Part shown: one piece after another, positions 55,869-64,000 of the stretch | Numbering within the stretch: the stretch's first letter is position 1 | Layout of the letters: each line of letters begins with the position of its first letter | Origin: a virus | Lineage: Duplodnaviria; Caudoviricetes | IMG/VR virus record: IMGVR_UViG_2806310684_000002 | Coordinates: 3,827-67,826 of that record | DNA: 64,000 bases | Reading direction: 5' to 3' (one strand) | Translations under genes and position numbers: made by a program | Notes under the pieces: generated by a model | Databases searched by the model: none | What the model was told of the DNA's origin: nothing | What the model saw: only the letters and a program-made list of their open reading frames with translations

Positions 55869-56309
55869 TTGGCTACCAAAAAAGAGCGAGAAAAGATCGT
55901 TGCAACTAAAACAGAAGGTGAAAAAAATCGTATTTTAAAGATCATGAGGGATGCAGATATTTACACCCTCACGTTGGATCCATTATTAGAATCTTATCTT
56001 GATATCTATGAAATTTATACAACCATGCATTTGCAGTGGAAGGAAAAAGGCTTCCCTCCAACTCAACGTCACACCAACAAAGCAGGAGACACAAATAATT
56101 CAAAACATCCATTAGCGCAGCAAGTTGAAACTTGGTCTGAAAAGAAAACGAAAGCTTTGGATATGCTTGGTCTAACCAACAAATCGAAATCATCAAAGAT
56201 TGTTACGGGTGGTTCTTCTGTAGGGAAGAACGAAAAGATGGAAAAACCTGTTGAGAAACCAAAAGATGCATTAGCGGAACATAGGGGAAAATGGCGGAAT
56301 TCTACATGA
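55869..56309 (+). CDS. terS: Terminase small subunit, P27 family
   Basis: HTNKAG..SKHPL..LGLT. Confidence 0.85.
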   Translation: MATKKEREKIVATKTEGEKNRILKIMRDADIYTLTLDPLLESYLDIYEIYTTMHLQWKEKGFPPTQRHTNKAGDTNNSKHPLAQQVETWSEKKTKALDMLGLTNKSKSSKIVTGGSSVGKNEKMEKPVEKPKDALAEHRGKWRNST

Positions 56310-58036
56310 TTGAACGTGGAGTTAATTATGCCGATATATTCGCCAAGAAGGTAAGAAAAAATTCGAAAAAATACCATAATACGATTAAGTTGATGGTAGA
56401 TCGTTGGTACAAGTGGAAAAAGCGTAAAGATATTTGGTTTGATGTAGACCGGGCAAATGAAATGATGGATTGGGTAGAAACTTTTGTCCGCCACACGAAA
56501 GGTAGTCTTGCGGGTCAAACATTTATTCTGGAAGATTGGGAGAAGTTTGCGTACTCGTGGATTTATGGATGGGTACACTATAACGAAGCTGGTAAGGTGA
56601 TACGCGTTACGAGGGAATCTTACATTCAAATTCCTTAAAAGAACGGGAAGACTTTACTTGCGGTTGGTGCTCTTGGGTATTCAATGTATGGCGAGGGAGT
56701 ACTTGGTGCAGATTGTTATTGTTGGGCTAGTGATTTTAACCAAGCTCAATTTGCAGCTAAACCATTTGCTGCCACCATCCTTAATCATGATGCACTATTG
56801 AATGTTTCGAAAATTTATAAAGGCCCAAAAGGAACAGTAACAAGTGTCACATACGATTACATTCATAACGATTTAGCGTACACAAATACTTTTATTGTTA
56901 TGAGTAAAAATATAGATTCTATAGAAGGTTCCAATCCTCACTTTGTATTAAATGACGAGCTGCACAAACAGGAAAACATGGAGCAATACGATAACTTTAA
57001 ATCGGCTCAGATTTCTCGGGATGAACCGATTATGTTTAATATCTCGACAGCTGGAAAAGGCTCGTCCAGTGTGGGGATGCGCGTTTATCGTGAAGCAAAA
57101 GAAGTCTTAAAAAATGACGATAATGATGCTAGTTTTGTCATGGTTTACGAACCAAATAAGAATTATGATTGGACAGACCGTAAAGTGTGGGAAATGGTCA
57201 ATCCAAACATTCGTGTTTCTGTTACAATGAGTGCCGTCGAAACGGAATTCATTTCTGCAGCACGTTCTGCTCATAAGAAAGCTGAATTTCTTTCCAAGCA
57301 CTTGAATGTTTTTGTAAATGGAGCAAATAATTTCTTTGAACAAGATCAGGTTGCTCATGTCCTGGTGAATGACCTAGGGGATTTTACTGGGGAAACTTGT
57401 TATATTGGATTGGACTTATCAAAGACGACCGACTTAACGTGTGTAAATTTGAATTTTCCAACCTATGATGAGGAAGGAAAAGCTATTTTGAAAGTAAAAC
57501 AAATGTATTTTATTCCTAATGCTGATATTGAATTCAGAGAAAAAGAGGACAATGTACCCTACACGGAAATGGTAGAGCAGGGTTACGTTCAGTTCTGTGA
57601 TGGGAAAATGATAGATCAAGACCAGGTGCTGGATTATATAAAAGAGTGTATGGATTTATATAATATACGACAATTAAATTATGATCCTGCCATGTCTCAA
57701 AAACTCATTGAGAAATGTGAAAATCTTGGTTTGGAATGTATTGTAGTTAACCAGTATCCCAATGTCATGATTGATGATGCAGAGCGATTAATTTATGAAA
57801 AGAGATTGTTTACGGACAATCCTTTATTTATTTACTGTGCTTTGAATCTAGTAGTTATTACGAATATGAATGGAATGAAAGGTCCGTCTAAGAGCCAATC
57901 CAAAAAGAAAATTGATGGATATGTCGCTTTTTTAGTTGCTCATAAAGAAACCATGATGGTCATGGATGATATAGCTGAGAATGGAATGGACGAATTGATT
58001 AGCGATATTTACAGGGGAGGGGGTGATAAGATTTGA
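56306..58036 (+). pseudogene. terL: Terminase large subunit with a nonsense codon in Walker A
   Basis: IP*KNGKT (TAA at 56636-56638); DELH, ISTAG, GLDLS, KIDG. Confidence 0.92.
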
Positions 58037-59241
58037 GATTAAGAGATGGGTTCTCAAACTTTTTATATAGACTAGCTGAAAAACGTGGCTGGACAGAAGA
58101 TGTATATTCAAGCTCTATTCGTTTTGGTGGTCGCTATGTAAATGACGAGAGCATTTTAGAGTCGAGTGATGTTTACGAATTGATGCAGGATATTAGTAAT
58201 CAAATTATGCTGGCTGAGTTTGTTGTGGAAGACGAGAACGGCCAGGGATTTAAAAAACATAAGGCATTAAAAACTCTAGAGAATCCAAATAATTATTTAA
58301 CAGGTTCCGAATTCAAGAAACTTATGACCAATACGTATTTATTGCAAGGAGAAGTTTTTCCGATATTGGACGGTAATCAAATGCATCTTGCTACCAATGT
58401 TTATACGGAGTTAGACGATAGACTCATAGAGCATTTTAAGATTGGTGGAGCAGAAATTCCTAACTTTATGATTAGGCATATTAAAAATATCGGAACTAAT
58501 CATCTTAACGGTGTCGGTTTAATGCAATTAGGTAAAGAAACGCTCGAAGGCGTCTTGAGTGCAGAAAAGGTCCTTACAGACAAATATAAGAAAGGCGGAC
58601 TTCTTAGCCTTCCTTTTGGAATTAGATGCCCATATCAACCCACAGAATGGGGCCCAATCGAAATTAATTAAAGCGATACTGGATCAGTTGGAACAAATAG
58701 ACGAATCTCGGTCTGTAAAAATGATTTAGGAAAAGGGTACAAGATAGACACTCTTAAAAGCCCTATAGAGGACGAAAAGACCCTTTCCTATCTTAAATTA
58801 AATGTCTATAAGAAGGATTTAGGGAAGTTCTTGGGTATAAACGTGGACACGTACACGTCGTTATTAAAGTCTGATTTAGAAAAGGCCATGATGTATTTGC
58901 ACAATAAAGCAGTTAAACCCATAATGAAGAATTTCGAGGACCATTTGAGTCTTCTTTTTTTTGGTTGTGATTCCAAATTAAGAATCAAACTAAAAATGAA
59001 CATTCTGGATTTTGTCAGCTACAGCACTAAAACCAACATCGGCTATAACATTGTTCGTACTGGAATTACATCACCAGATAACATTGCTGAAATGCTTGGT
59101 TTCCCTAAGCAAAATACACCAGAAGCACAAGCAATCTATATATCTAATGATCTATCAAAATTAGGAGAGAAAAAAGCTACAGATGATAGCTTGAAGGGAG
59201 GTGACGGAAGTGGCAAAGCAAAAGGCAATGAGGACATTTGA
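58033..59241 (+). pseudogene. HK97-family portal, frameshifted
   Basis: Split into the 58033 and 58831 ORFs; ENPNNYLTG. Confidence 0.85.
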
Positions 59242-59790
59242 CATCACCCAATTGACAACTCGTGATGCTACTGAGGATACTCCATCGGTGATAACCGGTA
59301 ATGCAGCTGTGTTTAATTCACCGACAATAATCGGGGATTGGTTTACTGAAATGATTGCTCCAGGAGCTTTCTCCCGTTCTCTTTTTGAAAACGGAGATAT
59401 TAGAGCATTATTCAACCATAACTGGGATAACGTGTTGGGACGTACCAAAAGCGGCACATTGAAACTCGAAGAGGATGAACGAGGATTAAAATTTGAAATT
59501 GAATTGCCGAATACGACAATTGCTCGTGATTTAGCTGAGAGTATGTCCCGAGGTGATATTAATCAATGTTCATTTGGTTTTTGGGTAACTAAGGAGACTT
59601 GGGATTATTCGGTGGAACCGTATGTTAGAACGGTGAATGAAGTGGAATTGTTTGAAATATCGGTAGTTTCTATTCCGGCTTACGATGGTACCGAGGCATC
59701 ACTGGTAAGAAGTAAAGAGGAAGATAATTCACTTGAACAAAGGATGTCCATAATCAAAACAATAAATAATACTTTGGAGGGAAAATTAAA
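59210..59790 (+). CDS. HK97 prohead protease (now reads into the capsid remnant)
   Basis: AAVFNS..ALFNH..LGRT..CSFGF..EISVVSIPAY. Confidence 0.88.
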
Positions 59791-60570
59791 TGAAAAAAAA
59801 CTATTACTAGCTTTGCAAAAACGAAATAACCAACGCTTAACAGAATTGCGTAGTAAATTAGAAAAGAATGAAGTTCGCGCTGATGATTTAGAAGCTGTTC
59901 AAACAGAAGTACAGGATCTTGCGGATGAAGCGCAAGAAATTGCTGATGCATTAGCAAATCTCGATGAAAGCGAAGAACGTGAAGATTTCCCGAAGGTGAT
60001 GGTGCTGGATCTAAGGGAGAAGAAAGTCGTGATGGAGAAGAAGACTCTAAGGGTTCAGAAGGAGAAGGTCCATCAAAAGACGATCAAGAAGATGAACAAA
60101 CGGATGAGAGGGAAGGTCAGCGTTCATCTGTTATTTCACAAGAGCACCGTAATGCGGCCATGTCACAAATCGGGAAAGCACTTTCCACTCGCGGTTCTAA
60201 GTCTACTAAGAAAAAAGAAAAAGAAATTCGTTCCGCATTTGCTAATTTTGTAGTAGGTAAAATCACAGAAGGCCAAGCACGTTCACTTGGTATTGAAGTA
60301 GGTAATGGGTCCGTCACTATTCCGGAATTAATTGCTACTGAAATTATTACTTATGCTCAAGAAGAAAATTTATTACGTAAATATGGCTCTGTCCATAGAA
60401 CAAAAGGTAATGTGAAGTATCTAATGTAAATAAGAAAGAACGCACTCAGGAAATTGCTGAAACTGATATTGAATTTGATGAAATTCTTCTTGATCCAGCA
60501 GAATTTGATGCTTTAGCAACAGTAACAATGAAATTGATGAAAATGTCTGGTGTAAACATTGAAGAAAATA
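59790..60570 (+). pseudogene. HK97 major capsid protein, multiply frameshifted and truncated
   Basis: Fragments LLLALQKR.., VTIPELIATEII, IEFDEILLDP. Confidence 0.85.
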
Positions 60571-61508
60571 CGGCCGTGTATACAGCCTTCATTGATTCCT
60601 ATGATGGAGCACTAAGAGCGCGAATTACCGAGAAGAGAGTCAACGGCTCAAAGAAAAACACGCAAGAAAGTTGGCTGACATTTACAGATAAAACCGTTAC
60701 GTCCCAGCGTGAAGTACACTCAGGATCCGTTGATTATAAGGACGCTAGATTCATTGATTTCTTCGCGGATGAAACGCTTAATGGCGATGTTGCGGGGCTG
60801 GGTATGCATATTTACTCTGGTCAAAACACCTTGATTGAAGCGGCCTACAATATGGATATCAAAACCGGGTCAGGCCAATATTTAACGATTAATTCTGGTG
60901 GAGGAGCCGCCATAGAATCCACCAATAATATTTTGTCATTAAGACGAACATCAGCGTATACAGCCACCTCAGGAACCATCCTGACTTTCCAAAGTTCCGA
61001 TAAGAATTGGCAGGGGGCTGTCGGGATCTGGAATAGTGAGAGGAACATGCACCTGGTTATGTATTTTGGGGACTATATCATGCTGAGATCAAGAGTGGAA
61101 GTTCGATCCATGGATGTGAACGGCGATAATTACAGAGCGATGAGAGCCAGTGCATTCAATACATCCTCTTCAAGGATATATAAAACGAATATAAAGAACC
61201 TGACGTTTGATGCCCTTAAACAGGTTAATCAATTAAAAGTCGTAGAATATGACCTGAAAGCAGACTTGGCAGAAGGAATTTTTACTAATCGACAAGTGGG
61301 GTTCATTAGTGAAGAGAACATGATGATAGCCACGACAGACATGAGTGCCATCAATATCTATAAGGTGACATCACTCAACACAGCGGCCATTCAGATACTT
61401 GATTCAAAGGTTGATACTCATACTGATCGCATTAATCTGTTAGAAATTGAAAACCAATATTTAAAACAAAAAATAAAACAGTTAGAAGACCGCCTTGACG
61501 CGGCCTAA
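60570..61508 (+). pseudogene. C-terminal part of a tail fiber with a peptidase S74 chaperone domain, fused to the capsid remnant
   Basis: SSRIYKTNI..VGFISEE..AIQIL coiled coil. Confidence 0.8.
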
Positions 61509-61520
61509 GGAGGAAATGAC

Positions 61521-61955
61521 ATGCAAGTAAACATTCAATATTCCTATTTAGTGGATTCCATTCATTTTTTGTCATCCATGAATTTAAAAGGAAAGCAATC
61601 CATTCACCGCACACGTTTTATCAAACTGCTATCTGAAAAACTGAAACAGGTATCAGAAGAGGAGTTGCAGTTGATTAAAGAATTTGCCGGTATAGATGCG
61701 AATGGGGACCCTAATAAAAAGGACGACGGTAGTTTTGCCATTGAGGATGTCCCCGAGTTTAAGAAGCAGCAAGGAGAATACTTGTCCGAGTACTATGTCA
61801 TTGAAGGAGGCGATGCCCATGGTATGTTGAAAACCTTGAAGGGAATTATCGAGAATTTTGATAAAGAGGTTTCAGGTAAAGAGGCAGACGCGTTTGAACA
61901 TTTGTTCACGGCATTTGAAAACTCACAGGAAAAAGGAGGGGAAGAATCATGCTAA
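61521..61955 (+). CDS. DUF1617-like protein
   Basis: LKGKQSIHRTRFIKLL. Confidence 0.7.
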   Translation: MQVNIQYSYLVDSIHFLSSMNLKGKQSIHRTRFIKLLSEKLKQVSEEELQLIKEFAGIDANGDPNKKDDGSFAIEDVPEFKKQQGEYLSEYYVIEGGDAHGMLKTLKGIIENFDKEVSGKEADAFEHLFTAFENSQEKGGEESC

Positions 61956-62170
61956 ATATTCAAATCACATCTACCACCATCCGTTATGCAGAAGGGGTCG
62001 TTTCTACGGTTCATGTGCAGTTCCAAAGTCAAGATCCGGAGGGGACCATTACTCTCAATGGGTATATTCCTCTTAGTGCGGAAGAGTATGAACAAAACGA
62101 AGCTCTTCCAGCCTTAACGGAAGTGGTGAGAACCAAGTTAATTAATCGATTGCAGCCAGAAGTCGGATAG
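61949..62170 (+). CDS. Hypothetical phage protein
   Basis: RBS GGAGG. Confidence 0.65.
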   Translation: MLNIQITSTTIRYAEGVVSTVHVQFQSQDPEGTITLNGYIPLSAEEYEQNEALPALTEVVRTKLINRLQPEVG

Positions 62171-62182
62171 GAGGGGGCATTC

Positions 62183-62497
62183 TTGGAGATAGGAATAGGG
62201 TATTTAATTACATGCATAGGGCTTTTTTGTACCGTGGCCGGATTGGTCATCGGCTTTTTTACGTTTCATCGAAATCGGGATAAGGACGTGAAAAGTGAAG
62301 CTGCAGAAGCAGCAAGCATCACTACAAAGTTAGACCATATTGGCCAATCAGTGGATTCCATTCGGATTGATCTTAAAGCAAGTGATCAACGTTGGACTAC
62401 TTTGTCAGGAACGGTTATTCGAATTGATGAAAGTACCATACAGGCGCATAAGCGCATCGATCAAATCGAAAAGAAAGGAGAGAGCCGAGTTGGATAA
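62183..62497 (+). CDS. Lysis-module protein with TM and coiled coil
   Basis: N-terminal TM; QAHKRID. Confidence 0.7.
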   Translation: MEIGIGYLITCIGLFCTVAGLVIGFFTFHRNRDKDVKSEAAEAASITTKLDHIGQSVDSIRIDLKASDQRWTTLSGTVIRIDESTIQAHKRIDQIEKKGESRVG

Positions 62498-62735
62498 AAC
62501 CAAACAATATATAGCGATGATAGGCGGTGCACTGGGTGCGCTGCTTTTATTTTTTCAATCAATCGGGTTTCAGATAGAATGGTTCAATGAAAATACCATT
62601 AATTCGTTCATCAATTTCCTTACAGCGATAGTTCCTCTGGGTTTTGCTTTATATGGCGTTTACAAGAATCAATACCTCCTAACCAATAAAGCCAAGGAAC
62701 AAGAAGAATTTTTAAAAGAACAAGGATTTAAATGA
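62490..62735 (+). CDS. Holin, SPP1 family
   Basis: YKNQYLLTNKAKEQEEFLK; two TM helices. Confidence 0.8.
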   Translation: MDKTKQYIAMIGGALGALLLFFQSIGFQIEWFNENTINSFINFLTAIVPLGFALYGVYKNQYLLTNKAKEQEEFLKEQGFK

Positions 62736-62791
62736 GCTGCCCATCGGGTGGCTTTTTATTATGAACATACATGAAAAGGAGACGATGGAAA

Positions 62792-63766
62792 ATGACAGTA
62801 GCATTGCAAACTTTATTAGATCGTTCAAATAAAAATATGGGTTCTTATATGAATTCAGTGGTGAAGGCCTCGGCATTGGAAATGATAAAACGAGCATATA
62901 AGGAAGGGATATACGTCCAAATAAGTTCAGGTTATCGGTCAATGGAAGAACAGGCTACCCTATACGGTCAAAGCCGTCTTTATAGCTACAAGGGTAAAAA
63001 TTATAGCAATTTAGCCAAGCCAAAAGTGACGCAAGCGAAACCTGGACAATCCATTCACAATTATGGATATGCCATTGATTATTTCCTTGTGAGTGATGAT
63101 GGAAAAACAGCTTTGTGGACGGTAAATGCAAAATGGAGACGTGTAGCTGACATTAGGAAAGAACTTGGCTTCAAATGGGGGGTAGATTGGACAGGCTTTA
63201 AGGATTATCCACATTTAGAAATGACAGGTGGCTTGTCCTTTGCACAGCTGCAGGCCGGAAAAAGACCGAATCTAACCTTGAAGTTTAAGACAGGTACAGA
63301 AGTTGTTGATGCTGGTTCACCTAAAAAAGAAGTAGCTCCTGAGGTAAGTAAGAAGCCTTCGAAAGGCAAAGGAGATATCACTGTTATCTCTATTCAAAAA
63401 ACACTAAATAGCAGGTATCGGTGTAACCTCATTGAGGACGGTATTCCAGGTCCAAAAACGAAGTCCGCGCTTATCAAAGCATTACAAACAGAACTTAACA
63501 AGCAGTTCAATAAAAAGTTGGTTGTGGACGGAAAATGGGGAGCCAAGACTAAGGCAGCCATTGTCACTGTTCAAAAGGGTGCAAAAGGCAATTTAACTTG
63601 GATTCTGCAGGCTACACTTTACATTGAAGGATATAACCCGGGATCACTCGATTCCATCTTTGGGGAAGGTACTGAAACGGCATTGGAAAAGTACCAGAAA
63701 GCCAAAAAGATTACTGCTGATAAAAAGGCCGGCAAAGCTTCTTTCGCTGAATTATTTGCTGCATAA
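62792..63766 (+). CDS. Endolysin, M15 peptidase; close homolog of 36582
   Basis: Same architecture; WGGDW changed to WGVDW. Confidence 0.9.
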   Translation: MTVALQTLLDRSNKNMGSYMNSVVKASALEMIKRAYKEGIYVQISSGYRSMEEQATLYGQSRLYSYKGKNYSNLAKPKVTQAKPGQSIHNYGYAIDYFLVSDDGKTALWTVNAKWRRVADIRKELGFKWGVDWTGFKDYPHLEMTGGLSFAQLQAGKRPNLTLKFKTGTEVVDAGSPKKEVAPEVSKKPSKGKGDITVISIQKTLNSRYRCNLIEDGIPGPKTKSALIKALQTELNKQFNKKLVVDGKWGAKTKAAIVTVQKGAKGNLTWILQATLYIEGYNPGSLDSIFGEGTETALEKYQKAKKITADKKAGKASFAELFAA

Positions 63767-63823
63767 ATAAAAAACATTTGAGAAAGAATGATTATGGTAC
63801 TAACTCCACAGGTAACTCCATTA

Positions 63824-63858
63824 AAAATGCCCTTACTCGCTTTGAGTTGGGGCTTTTT
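63824..63858. terminator. Terminator after the endolysin
   Basis: GCCCTTACTC..GAGTTGGGGC followed by a T run. Confidence 0.75.
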
Positions 63859-64000
63859 AATTAGAGGTAATAATATGAAGTTCAATATAAAATATTATTC
63901 TACCACACTGAAAGAACTCAAAGATTATTCGTTTAACTCTTTCCTTTTTTTTATATTTAGTATAGTATTACATTTGAACCATAAAAAGTTAATAATATAG

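Larger units (their letters stand above)
42374..64000 (+). mobile_element. Prophage 2: defective HK97-type siphovirus remnant; right end outside window
   Basis: Broken int, terL, portal and capsid; immunity and tail regions deleted. Confidence 0.9.

Noticed and set aside
36582-63766. Diversity-generating retroelement TR/VR pair
   Set aside because: No reverse transcriptase. The endolysin copies are whole-gene homologs with differences at all bases, not only adenines.
1-64000. tRNA/rRNA genes
   Set aside because: No cloverleaf with T-loop/D-loop consensus or rRNA-like sequence was recognised by eye.

Overview
Bacillaceae-type DNA holding two tandem prophages that meet at a displaced copy of the glnA 3' end (42314-42373). 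Prophage 1 (<1 to ~42370; integrase and main repressor lie left of the window) looks intact. It is a contractile-tailed phage with recombination and replication genes, an internal divergent XRE switch, an ArpU-type late regulator, PBSX-type terminase, SPP1-like portal, DUF3383-type sheath, baseplate J, an SGNH-domain receptor-binding protein, an M15 endolysin and a terminal FtsK/replication-relaxation module. Prophage 2 (~42375 to >64000) is a decayed HK97-type cos phage. Its integrase, terL, portal and capsid genes are broken and it has two large deletions, but it keeps an accessory region with an IS3 element, a RexAB-like gene pair, a type I TA-like cassette and an orphan structured RNA. The main unexplained signal is a family of ~22-bp imperfect inverted-repeat sites (about CAGT-N8-ACWGTG). 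They sit exactly at the borders of small accessory genes in both prophages, and one lies in frame inside the receptor-binding gene, where it encodes AQLADTA. This suggests an integron-like cassette-exchange system that also swaps the host-range module. No cognate recombinase could be identified in the window. Family assignments come from motif recognition by eye, not database searches.
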